Shown piece by piece: positions 9,530 through 20,895 of a DNA stretch of 64,000 nucleotides; positions within the stretch are counted from its first letter, which is position 1; the number at the start of each line of letters is the position of its first letter. The notes below the pieces were generated by a model that was not told where the DNA came from, ran no database searches, and saw nothing but the letters and a program-made list of their open reading frames with translations. The stretch comes from Octopus sinensis (lineage: Eukaryota): assembly GCF_006345805.1 (NCBI RefSeq), contig NC_043015.1:47058001-47122000 (forward strand), written 5' to 3'. The translations under genes and the position numbers were made by a program.

Positions 9530-9956
9530 CCTATGACTGGCACCCGGCAGATGCCAGGACCCTGGACTGGAGATACATAAAAAGCACTATCTGAATTGTG
9601 GCCGATGCCAGTGCCACCTCGACTGGCTTCCGTGTTGGTGGCACGTAAAAAGCACCATCCGAATCGTGGTCGAAGCCAGTGCCGCCTTGACTGGCTTCCG
9701 TGCAGGTGGCACGTAAAATGCACCAATCCGACCGTGGCCGATGCCAGCCTCGCCTGGCACCAGTGCAGGTGGCACGTAAAAAGCACCCACTACACTCACG
9801 GAGTGGTTGGCGTTAGGAAGGGCATCCAGCTGTAGAAACATTGCCAGATAAGACCGAAGCCTGGTGCAGCCTTCTGGCTTCCCAGATCCCTGGTCGAACC
9901 GTCCAACCCATGCTAGCATGGAGAACAGACGTTAAACAATGATGATGATGATGATT
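9530..9956 (+). mobile_element. RTE-type LINE 3' UTR fragment, representative copy
   Basis: Three ~63-bp GTG..GGTGGCACGTAAAA units, then GGAAGGGCATCCAGC...CCAACCCATGCTAGCATGG...(GAT)n. Other copies at 32178-32545(-), 41965-42437(+), 48156-49088(+), 50736-50928(+), 51903-52290(-), 53993-54230(-), 54370-54843(+), 60586-60830(-), 61585-61782(+). Confidence 0.8.
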
Positions 9957-10762
9957 CACAATTAACCTTTAATATTTGGCCCTCATGTTATTTAGATATT
10001 CTGAAAACCATGTCAAAGATACAGAATTAAATATTTTCTGAAATTATGAAAATGTAGCACCACTCGTGCATATGACAGTTGTATGGAGTTTGTGATGAAC
10101 GATCCATTGTACATGCAGTGGTTAACATGTTAAATGAGGCATACTTCTTCAGAGTTGATCATGGTTGATCTGCATTTCGTTATAGATTTGCTCAATCAGG
10201 ATTGACCCATGGTTAAACAAGAATGCTGTAGCCACCAATCACATCCCTTTATTCAATCTTTTGTACTCTTTTACTCATTTCAGTCATTTGACTGCGGCCA
10301 TGCTGGAGCACCGCCTTTAGTCGAGGAAATCAACCCCAGGACTTATTCTTTGTAAGCCTGGTGCCTAGTACTTATTCTATCGGTCTCTTTTGCCGAACTG
10401 CTAAGTTAAGGGGACGTAAACACACCAGCATTGGTTGTCAAGCGATGTTGGGGAGGGGGGAACAAACACAGACACACAAACATATACACACACATATATA
10501 TACATATACATATATACGACAGGCTTCTTTCAGTTTCCGTCTACCAAATCCACTCACAAGGCTTTGGTCAGTCCGAAGCTATAGTAAAAGACACTTGCCC
10601 AAGGTGCCATGCAGTGGGACTGAACCCAGAACCATGTGGTTCATAAGCAAGCTACTTACCACACAGCCACTCCTGAACCTGCTTTTAATTTTTGTATACA
10701 CGTACTCTCTCTCACACACGTACTTTGTAAATTATGTAAGGGAGTACAAGAGTGATACATAC

Positions 10763-10826
10763 CAATTAGACTATTTTCTGTTTGTTTGAAAATAAGGCAG
10801 ACTAGAAGTAGTAGATTCAATTTCAT
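10763..10826 (-). CDS. Gene B probable first coding exon (exon 10838-10763), signal-peptide-like MKLNLLLLVCLIFKQTENSLI
   Basis: Long polypyrimidine tract ending gtttag| at 10840-10839, AAAATG context, donor TTG|gtatgt, phase-1 end. Confidence 0.75.
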
Positions 10827-11787
10827 TTTATGCCACACCTAAACAAAAAAAAAAACAAAACAAAAATAAAAAAGGTATAGTGACAGAAAAAATGAAAGAT
10901 TGAGACACAGAATGGGTCAGTTTGTATGAATATGCATATCTACACACGTACACACACACACAAATACATATCTATGTAAATATATGAAGAGTGTTGTAGT
11001 TTGTTTGAAGTATTATGATGCGGAAATAGAATCACAAATACAGCTAGAAAGCTTTGTACAAGGCAACAGGTTAAGTTAAGTAACTTTAATGTATTTTGGG
11101 CACAAGACCCATGGTCAGAAGTAAACACCTTTAAGTAATGTCCATATATATACTCTTTACTCTTTTACTCTTTTACTTGTTTCAGTCATTTGACTGTGGC
11201 CATGCTGGAGTACCGCCTTTAGTCGAGCAAATCGACCCCGGAACTTATTCTTTTGTAAGCCCAGTACTTATTCTATCGGTCTCTTTTGCTGAACCGCTAA
11301 GTTACGGGGACGTAAACACACCAGCATCGGTTGTCAAACAATGCTAGGGGGACAAACACAGACACACAAACACACACACATACATATATATATATACATA
11401 TATACGACAGGCTTCTTTCAGTTTCCGTCTACCAAATCCACTCACAAGGCATTGGTCAGCCCGGGGCTATAGCAGAAGACACTTGCCCAAGATGTCACGC
11501 AGCAGGACTGAACCTGGAACCATGTGGTTGGTTAGCAAGCTACTTACCACACAATATATATATAGAGAGAGTTAATCCAAACATGAAAGCACAAAAAAAC
11601 ACAACAACGCGAGGACGTGGAACAAATATAGTATTATTGGACACTCAGGAAAGAAGGAAAGAAGGAGGATTTAATGTTTCGAGCGGAGCTCTTTGTCGGA
11701 AACATAGGAGAAGGAAAGATCCAGAGAAGGGAAGACAGAGGAAAAAAATCGCCAACGGTACACATGCAGTCATATATATATATACAG

Positions 11788-12025
11788 CATGACTTCCGCC
11801 CATCCCCCCATAAAAAAACCACCCTTTTTTAAAACTTTTTTCTTTTCACACAAACCCCCCTTTTCGGCCCACGGGGAATATGAATTTGCAAAAAAATTGG
11901 CAAAAATCGACATTTCTAAACTACCACCTCCACCCCAATTTCCTTCATTTTTAACTTCTTTCAGAATTCTTTTTCTCAAAATATGCAGAAAAATACAGAG
12001 ATTATGATTCTAAAAAAAATTTCTG
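11788..12025 (-). mobile_element. Fragment of the unclassified element at 19135-19770
   Basis: Reverse-complement match to about 19540-19770. Confidence 0.7.
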
Positions 12026-12432
12026 GGTCGACTTTGCCTTTCATCCTTTCAGAGTTGATAAATTAAGTACCAGTGAAACACTGGGGGGTCAAGGTAATCG
12101 AATACTCCCTCCTGTCAAATTTCAGGCTTGTGCCTTTAGTAGAAAGGATTATTATTATTATCATTATTATTATGGTTATTATCATTATCATTATGGTGGT
12201 GAACTGGCAGATTCATTAGCCAGCTGGTCAAAATGCTTAGCAACATTTTGTCTGTGTTTACATTCTGAGTTCAAATTCTGTCAAGATCAACTTTGCCGTT
12301 CATCCTTCGGGTTTGATAAAATAAGTACCAGCTGTGCACTGGGGATCAATGTAATCAACTTATCCTTTCACCTGAAATTTCAGGCCTTGTGCCTATAGCC
12401 TATAGTAGAAAGGATTATTATTATTATTATTA

Positions 12433-12466
<34 letters not shown>

Positions 12467-12972
12467 GGCAGCGAGCTGGCTGAGTCATTAGCATGCTGGG
12501 CAAAATACTTGGTGGTATTTTGTCCGTTGCTACGTCCCGAGTTCAAATTTCATTGGGGTTAACTTTGCCTTTCATCCTTTCGGAGACAATAAAGTCAATA
12601 AATTAAGTACCAGTGAAACACTGGGGGGTCAAGGTAATCGAATACTCCCTCCTGTCAATTTCAGGCTTGTGCCTTTAGTAGAAAGGATTATTATTATTAT
12701 CATTATTATTATGGTTATTATCATTATCATTATGGTGGTGAACTGGCAGATTCATTAGCCAGCTGGTCAAAATGCTTAGCAACATTTTGTCTGTGTTTAC
12801 ATTCTGAGTTCAAATTCTGTCAAGATCAACTTTGCCGTTCATCCTTTCGGGTTTGATAAAATAAGTACCAGCTGTGCACTGGGGATCAATGTAATCAACT
12901 TATCCTTTCACCTGAAATTTCAGGCCTTGTGCCTATAGCCTATAGTAGAAAGGATTATTATTATTATTATTA

Positions 12973-13006
<34 letters not shown>

Positions 13007-13430
13007 GGCAGCGAGCTGGCTGAGTCATTAGCATGCTGGGCAAAATACTTGGTGGTATTTTGTCCGTTGCTACGTCCCGAGTTCAAATTTCATTGGGGTT
13101 AACTTTGCCTTTCATCCTTTCGGAGACAATAAAGTCAATAAATTAAGTACCAGTTGAGTACTGGGGTTGATGTGATTGGCTGTCCCTCTCCCCACAAAAT
13201 CAGGCCATGTGCCTATAGTAGAAAGGATTATTATTATTATTATTATTAAGGTAGCTGAATCATTAGCATACTGAACAAAATACTTAGTGGCATTTCGCCT
13301 GCCACTATGTTCTGTGTTCAAATTCCACTGAGGTTGACTTTGCTTTTCATCCTTTTGGGGTTGATAAATTAAGTACCAGTTGAACACTGGGAGTCGATGT
13401 AATCAACTATACCCATCCCCCAAAATTGCT
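12026..13430 (+). repeat. Cluster of family A-related SINEs separated by (ATT)n, containing a 540-bp tandem duplication
   Basis: Sequence starting at 12061 and at 12601 is nearly identical. Confidence 0.88.
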
Positions 13431-13793
13431 GCCCTTGTGGCAAAATTTGAAATCATCATCATCATTATTATTATTCCTTTTTAGCCCTTTTCAAGCCTAG
13501 CCAGGCTCAAGGGCCTGGTTTCCCAGTTTCTATGGCGTATGTGTTCCCCCCAGCTGGACAGGACACCAGTCCATCGCAGAGTTAATCAAGAAACAGGAAG
13601 AAAGAGTGAGAGAAAGTCGGGGCAAAAGAGTACAACAGGGGTTGCCACCACCCCCTGCTGGAGCCTCGTGGAGTTTTAGATGTTTTCGCTCAATAAACAC
13701 ACACAACACCCGGTCTGGGAAACGAAACCGCGATCCTCTGACCACGAGTCCGCTGCACTAACCATTGGGCCTCCACCATTATTATTATTATAA

Positions 13794-13839
<46 letters not shown>

Positions 13840-14438
13840 TTGCTGAGGTGTGGCATAAAATTACATAGCCTTTCATCCTCTCAAAGCCAATATTCAGGCC
13901 CCAGTTGAGCACTCGCGTTGATGCAATCAACTAGCCCTTTCCCTAAAATGTTGGACCTTGTGTTAATAATAGAAATTATTACCATTATTAGTATTTTAGT
14001 AGTAGTAGTATTATTATGCAATGTGGAAGTGACAACATTTAGTCAATTGCTAATGCTGCGATGGATTGGCATCCCGTCCAGCTGGGGGGAACACATATGC
14101 CATAGAAACCGGGAAACCGGGCCCATGAGCCCGGCTAGGCTTGAAAAGGACTAAAAAGGAAAAAAGGAATAAGCGGTAGAGTGTGGAATCATTACAGCAT
14201 CAGACACGCTTTTTCGGCATTTAGTTGCATCCTTTCAATTTTTCAGTTCAAAATCTGCTAAGATCAGCTTTTCCTTTTTATAATCCTTTCAGGGTGGAAA
14301 TCAAAATATTGCGGTTGATATAATTGATTACATCAATATCTCAAATTTGTGGCTATGTAAGAAATTAATATTATTTTAATTAATTCAGCAAATATGGGAG
14401 ACAACACTATAAAGGCTTTAAAACATGACATGGACATC

Positions 14439-14608
14439 ATGAAATCTAAGTTAACCCAAACTGTGATGGTCTTTGAGTGTGTCACCAGTGAGGGTGTCAT
14501 TGTGCAGCCCTACACCTTTGAACAGAGCCTTAGGCTCAGTTGAGATGGCTATGTGAAGCTTCTAGAGACTGTAGTCAAATCTTAGCTGGAAAGGGTTACT
14601 ATTGGAAG
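14439..14608 (+). pseudogene. Tc1/mariner (DD37D/maT-like) transposase fragment
   Basis: MKSKLTQTVMVFECVTSEGVIVQPYTFEQSLRLS*DGYVKLLETVVKS*LERVTIGR. Confidence 0.7.
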
Positions 14609-15417
14609 AAATCAATATTATCTTATTTCAGCAAATATGGGAGACAACTCTTGACTTGTTTCAGTATTGATAGACCTTTTCAGCAAAAGAGACTTCACCA
14701 TACTTACAGAAGTAATGAGCATTACTAATTGGAGTAGCATGCTCATTATCTCAGAAAGTATCCATTGGAGTCAGTGAAGGAATGGTTAGAGTATTGTGGG
14801 TTCAGATCCTTGATATGATGGCTTGTTGTGTCCTTGAGCAAGACACTTCATTTCACATTGCTCCAATCTACTCTGCTGAAAATCTGAAAGTGAGTACCAA
14901 TCAAGTGCTGGTACAGCTCGTTCTTTCCCTTTTCTCCAACTGCCCCAACCTGGATAAAAGGATAGAGATGTCAAGAGGTTATTTACCATAAATCCTCGAG
15001 TATAATCCGCATTTTCTCCCAAAATTTAAAGGTCAAAATCCCTAGTGCATACTTTGTACGAAGTTAAAAATGAAAAATATTTTCTAAGCAATGTCCGAGT
15101 CTCTATTTAATCTTGTTAATATATTTTTTATTTTTTGGAACACTTTTTTTTTAGCTGGGTGTTGTGGTGAGAGAGTCATGACACCCCCTGCAAGAATAGA
15201 CTTGACCAAACAACTATAAGTAGTAGAGTCTGTGAAGGAGAGTAGGTGTTAATCGCAGGAAGCTGTAAGTTGTCGTTTTAGTATATTCTGTTGTGTCTGG
15301 GGAGAGTCATTTTCTTTTTGCGCCTTATAATGTAACACACTCATCGGTAAAATTTCCACTTATTTCTTATTTTTATTTCCCTAAAATTTTCGTTGCATCT
15401 TGCAACCTTTTCAATAG

Positions 15418-15495
15418 TCTTGACTTCACCAGCCCCAATTTCTGGCCTCCTAATTCCTCTAATTGTAATCCCATGGGTTATTATGTATGGGGTGT
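15418..15495 (+). pseudogene. Tc1/mariner transposase fragment (WPPNSPDxNP-type motif)
   Basis: DFTSPNFWPPNSSNCNPMGYYVWG. Confidence 0.75.
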
Positions 15496-17544
15496 TGAGT
15501 CGTTTTAGTAGTTTGTTGGAATATCATTTGTTGGTTTGTGTTTAGTTCGTGGAGATTTTGTTGGATTGTTACGTTGTTGTTACCCTGTTTCGTTATGTGT
15601 TTATTGTTACTATAAGGTTATATTGTAAAAGAGTATTGTGATAACAATTGGCGATGCTGCAATATTGGTGACAAGGATTCGAAGCTCACACAGGTCAGTT
15701 AACAAATTCTTGTGATACAAAGTTGTAAATTATATATTTCTTTATTGCCCACAAGGGGCTAAACATAGAGGGGACAAACAAGGACAAAGTATTAAGTGGA
15801 TTATATCGACCCCAGTGCGTAACTGGTACTTAATTTATCGACCCCGAAAGGATGAAAGGCAAAGTCGACCTCGGCGGAATTTGAACTCAGAACGTAACGG
15901 CAGACAAAATACGGCTACGCATTTCGCCCGGTCTGCTAACGTTTCTGCCAGCTCAAAGACCTATTAGCCTCTATAATGCAGTTGCAAAAACAACAGCATG
16001 AACAACAACAGGAGTTGCAGAAACAAGTACTTCAGTAACAAGAAAAACAACAACGGCTAATGGAGCTATGTCTTAAGAAATCCAGAAACACTCTAAGATT
16101 GTTTTCGCCAGATGGCATATCGAACTCTATATCAGAATTCAGTTATGACCCAGAAGAGGGTATAACATTTACAGCATACATTAGAAGGTACAAGGAAATC
16201 TTCAAGGAAGATTGCAAGTCGTAGACGGACAATGGAAAATTAAGACTATTCTTACGTAAATTAGCGCCAGCTGAACATGAAAAATATTGTAATTTCAAAT
16301 TACCCCCAACCCAAAAAAACTAGTGAAATTTGTTTCCAGGAAACAGTCGAACTACTATCAAAAATATTCATTTCCCTATTTAACACTCAATGGGAATCTG
16401 GTTAAAAAAGAGGATGAAGACTTTGTCGCATATGCCGGGCTTGTAAACTGAATGTGCGAAAGATTTAAACTGAAGGAACTAACTCCTGATATGTTTAAGT
16501 GCCTCGTTTTTATACAAGGGCTTATGGCAAACAAAGATGCGGAGATACGTGCAAGAGTTCTCACAAAACTTGAACAAGCAGACCAAAGTTTAACCCTGCA
16601 GTCAGTTGCAGAAGAGTGTCAAAGAATGGTAAACTTAAGTCAGGATGTAAAGAAAATTGAAGAGATGGAGTTCTCACAAGTACAAGTATGTCTATCAGGA
16701 AGTATAAACAAAAAAAAATGTTAAAACGTAACCCATGCTACAGATGTGGAACCCCACATTTCAGGATTGTCCTTTCATAATGCAAAAGTGTTACAGTTGC
16801 CCAAAAAGTAGGACACAAGAGGTCACATTGCAGAGCAGAGTTATGAAGGTTGAACCTAAAAAATTCTAGTTTTCTCAATGGAAAGTATAAGCGACACCAA
16901 AAAGAGGAAATTTGTACATGTAAAAGTAAACAAAGTGAATATTAAATTACAACTAGATACCGGTAGCAACATCTCGATTATTTATATCGATACAAGGAAA
17001 AGAATTGGAAAACCTACATTAAGAAAAAACATCGAGGCGTGACAGGTGAAAAACTACACTTCTAGGCAAAATGTGGAGTGATATCAAATTCCAGGGAAAA
17101 ACCCCCCGTGGAGCAAAAGTTTACATAGTAAAAAAACACAACCAATCTGTTCAGTACAGACTGGTAGGAGTTGTTTGACTTATGGGACTTCCCCATAAGT
17201 CTGTTCAGTAAAAAAAAAAAAATGGCTGTCTTATCAGTGAAAATAACTCAGGAGTTAAATTGAAGAATAAAATCAATAACTTGTTTCCTGAAGTGCTGTC
17301 AAATAAATTAGGTCTCTGTTCTAAGACTGAGGCCTGTTTTCAAATAAAGGTAAATGCCGTACCTATGTTCAAACTTAATAGAAATGTACCGTTTGCTGCA
17401 ATAAAGCAGGTAGAGGAAGAATTAGATAGACTGGAGAAAATAGGAATTATTGAAAAAGTAGATTATTCTAAGTGAGCAGCATAAAAAAAGAAAAACAAAA
17501 CAAAACCAGGGTGTGTGCTGATTTTTCTACTGGATTGAATGACC
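15493..17544 (+). mobile_element. Degraded Ty3/Gypsy LTR retrotransposon, 5' half (LTR, PBS, gag, protease, RT start)
   Basis: TGT..ACA segment 15493-15646 followed by TGGCGA/TGGTGACAAGGAT. Gag-like SYDPEEGITF...CERFKLKELTPDMFKCLVFIQGL, protease LQLDTGSNISI (GAT at 16956), RT-proximal PFAAIKQVEEELDRLEKIGIIEKVDYS. Many stops and frameshifts; SINE A inserted at 15735-15954. Confidence 0.9.
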
Positions 17545-18224
17545 AATTCTTCTTTTGGATCTTTTCGGTTTGAACGACAGTTTTTTCCCCTCTTTTTCCA
17601 ATGTGACCACTCGCTTCCTGAGAGATTTGGCTGTTGTTTCTAGCGCATCCCAAGATCACTCTCTTCATTTCTTTCTAATGTATGTATATATATAAGTCTT
17701 GAATGCGTGCCCTTAATAACAAACTTGACGTAGTTTTCACTTTCTGTTTCATAATTGATATTTTAAAAGCTATTTTTAACTTCCAGAAATATACTGATAA
17801 ATTTGTCACCGTTATTGCTAGTTTTAATTGATTATTGCCAAGTCTGCAAATAGCTATATTCAAATTCCCCAGTAACTGCTACAAATTTATCCCACTCAGA
17901 AAACCCAGGCGTTAATGTATGTGAAAAATTTCAAATATACTTGGTTTTTCCCATTTGTTCTGATTTAGTAAATAAAGAATTAATGATTAACGCCAGCTAT
18001 TGTTTAGTTACGATGTGCTACTTCATCTAAGTAGGCCAGTGAGAAATATGTTCCAACCGTGACCAACCTGCCTTTATATATATCCATGCCTATATTATCT
18101 CATGTGTCTGGGGTTTTATTTTAAATGGTCAGTGCAATTTAAAGGGAATTTGACTGCTATCTTTAGCACGTCTCGAGACCACTTCGAGGTTGTTGTTTAA
18201 TCCAGGAATAGTTCGTGATTTCTG

Positions 18225-18656
18225 GGATCTTTTCGGTTTGAACGGCAGTTTTTTCTAGCGTGTCATATGAAATTGTCACCCATAATTATGACCCTAGTAT
18301 CGATCTATTGCATTTCAATGTTTATGGGTTGGGGTTAGGGTTAGGGATAGGGGTGGGGGAAGGGTATCTTTTTTTCTTCACAAATGTAAATAAACCCAAT
18401 CTGTTTCTTAAACGAGGGACATATTCATATGGCACAGAATGTTTTTTTTTACCTCAATAGACGTCATTGATTGGTTGAAATTGCAGAAATTGGAGAGAAA
18501 AAAAACCAAGAAATATCTTACAAACTATAGCATTTTCTCAATAAAGCCAAGAGAAAAAGATATTTTATAAACACATTCTACCAGTATACTAAGTTTAAAA
18601 GTGTTTAGTGACGTGGAAATTATTTTAAAAAACTGCCGTTCAAACCGAAAAGATCC
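18225..18656. mobile_element. Merlin-like MITE with 8-bp TSD
   Basis: TIR GGATCTTTTCGGTTTGAACGGCAGTTTT. TSD GATTTCTG at 18217-18224 and 18657-18664. Confidence 0.85.
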
Positions 18657-18738
18657 GATTTCTGATTTTAGCGATATTTTATAGAAATTTTAAGTGGTTA
18701 CCAAAACACAATAGTCACCTAACATGTAGTGTGGGTGT

Positions 18739-18781
18739 GCGACATTGATAAGGGGCAAATACCCTGAAACTAGTCTGTAGC
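18739..18781 (+). ncRNA. Decayed minimal hammerhead ribozyme motif, second family
   Basis: GCGACA-TTGATAA-GGGG-CAAATA-CCCT-GAAAC-TA-GT-C-TGTAGC. Confidence 0.55.
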
Positions 18782-19317
18782 TGCCAGACCAGCAAGGGGA
18801 AACGGCTGACCTCCCCTGATCGACACAGGTTTATGTGTCACATAGCTAGCTAGAGGCGATGGCCTCTTGGAGTTAATCAACGGCAGCATTCGTCCTATTT
18901 TTCTGGACTGCCATGTTAGCTTGGCGATAACTATTAATAGGTTTCGATACAGTTTTAACAGAAAGGTTTAGAAGAGTTAGATGAAAGTTCTCTGGTAATT
19001 TTATTTCGTGTAAATAAACGTTTAGTTAATTTGGCTGTTGTTTCTAGCACATCTCAAGATCTTGTAAAAAAAAGATGTATATATAATATATTAGATATGA
19101 AAATTACGATTATATCGGAATTTAAGCAGAAAAATGGGGAAGACTTCAGCCCGTCCTCACCCATTTTCTCCCAAATTTGTTTATTTTTCTAATTTTTTTT
19201 TTCCATAAATCCCCGTTTTCGGATACGGAAGTTCCGGAAAATTGCCAAAAATCGGCATTGTGAAAAAATTTCCTCCCCTTTCCCTTCCAACTTCTTCAAT
19301 TTTGACTTTTTTCCGCA

Positions 19318-19425
19318 ACACTAACCCTAAAACCCTAACCCTAACCCTAAAGCCCTAACCCTAAACCTAAAACCCTAACCCTAACCCTAAAACTCTAACC
19401 CTAACCCTAACCCCAAAACCGTAAC
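19318..19425. repeat. Interstitial telomere-like (CCCTAA)n array inside an unclassified element (about 19135-19770)
   Basis: About 15 units of CCCTAA with AAA/AAAA variants. Confidence 0.9.
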
Positions 19426-20066
19426 CGTAAGTATAGAAATGTTTTGAAATTTTTGTCCGAATCATGATGTCCATATTTTCCCGCATATTTAGAAAAAATA
19501 GAAAAATTCTTAAAAAAAAAAATTTTACAAAGATTTTTGGAAATTTTTTTCAGAATCATAATCTCCGTATTTTTCCGCATATTTTGAAAAAAAAAATTTT
19601 GAAAAAAAGTTAAAAATGAAGGAAATGGGTTTGGGGGTGAGGGTGGTAATTTAGAAATGTCGATTTTTGCCAATTTCTTTGCAGATTCGTATTCCTCGTA
19701 GCCGAAAAGTGGGGGTTTGTGTCGAAAAAAAAAAAAATTTTTTTAAAGGGTGGTTTTTTGGGGGGTGGGGGCGGTCTCGCCGAAAAATGTTTATTTTCTA
19801 AGTCGATGAAAACAAATTTAATTGCATTTAATTTTTAACTGTCTTTATAAATAGTTTTCACAACTAAATTTATAACTGAATATAATAGGATAATTGAATC
19901 TATGACTGTAGATTCCATTGGCAGCTAAAGGTGACAATTCTAATAGTAATGTTTTTTTAACTTTTAAGTTTTGTTTATTTACAAACATTAAAGATTCATT
20001 ACATATATAACACGTATGTATATGATATATGAACGATACAAAATCACACAAATCCTAAACAATATT

Positions 20067-20702
20067 TATTTCTTATTGCCCACAAGGGGCTAAACATAGA
20101 GGGGACAAACAAGGACAGACACACAGATTAAGTCGATGACATCGACTCCAGTGCGTAACTGGTACTTATTTAATCGACCCCGAAAGGATGAAAGGCAAAG
20201 TCGACCTTGGCGGAATTTGAACTCAGAACGTAACAGTAGACGAAATACCTATTTCTTTACTACCCACAAGGAGCTAAACACAGAAAGGACAGACAAAGTA
20301 TTAAGTCGATTATATCGACCCCAGTGCGTAACTGGTACTTATTTAATCGACCCTGAAAGGATGAAAGGCAAAGTCGACCTTGGCGAAATTTGAACTCAGA
20401 ACATAACGGCAGATGAAATACCCACAAGGACCTAAACACAGAGAGGATAAAAAGGACAGACAAACGGATTAAGTCGATTACATCGACCCCAATGCGTAAC
20501 TGGTACTTAATTTATCGACCCCGAAAGGATAAAAGGCAAAGTCGACCTCGGCGGAATTTGAACTCAGAACGTAACGGCAGATGACATACCTATTTCTTTA
20601 TTGCCCACAAGGGGCTAAATACAGAGGAGACAAACAAGGACAGACAAACGGATTAAGTCGATTACATCAATCCCAGTGCGTAACTGGTACTTATTTAATC
20701 GA
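20067..20702 (-). mobile_element. SINE family A concatemer (4 bodies, head absent)
   Basis: Fixed junctions at 20242-20255 and 20583-20596. Confidence 0.88.
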
Positions 20703-20709
20703 AAAAGAA

Positions 20710-20895
20710 TAAGCACACATGCTTCCTGAGATTCGCCAACACTACACCTGATTTTCTCCCCTCCATGCACACGCAAGCATGTATCTGACTCATACACTAT
20801 TCATTTCCCAGACATTTGTACATTACTGCATATGCTTTATACGCACTTTTTGACAAGTTGTGGTGCACCTGAGCACTGTATACAATAATTTCATT
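20710..20895 (+). mobile_element. CR1-type LINE 3' end
   Basis: MLPEIRQHYT* then 3' UTR. Same family as 31105-31330. Confidence 0.7.

Noticed and set aside
9596-9790. CRISPR-like array (also 48380-48935)
   Set aside because: Eukaryotic context, no cas genes, the spacers are homologous to each other, and the units belong to the RTE 3' UTR.
11000-11069. Plus-strand exon candidate CLKYYDAEIESQIQLESFVQGN
   Set aside because: Weak acceptor and donor, and no other plus-strand exon was found.
19318-19425. True telomere or chromosome fusion site
   Set aside because: Short, degenerate, single orientation, and embedded in a repeat element.
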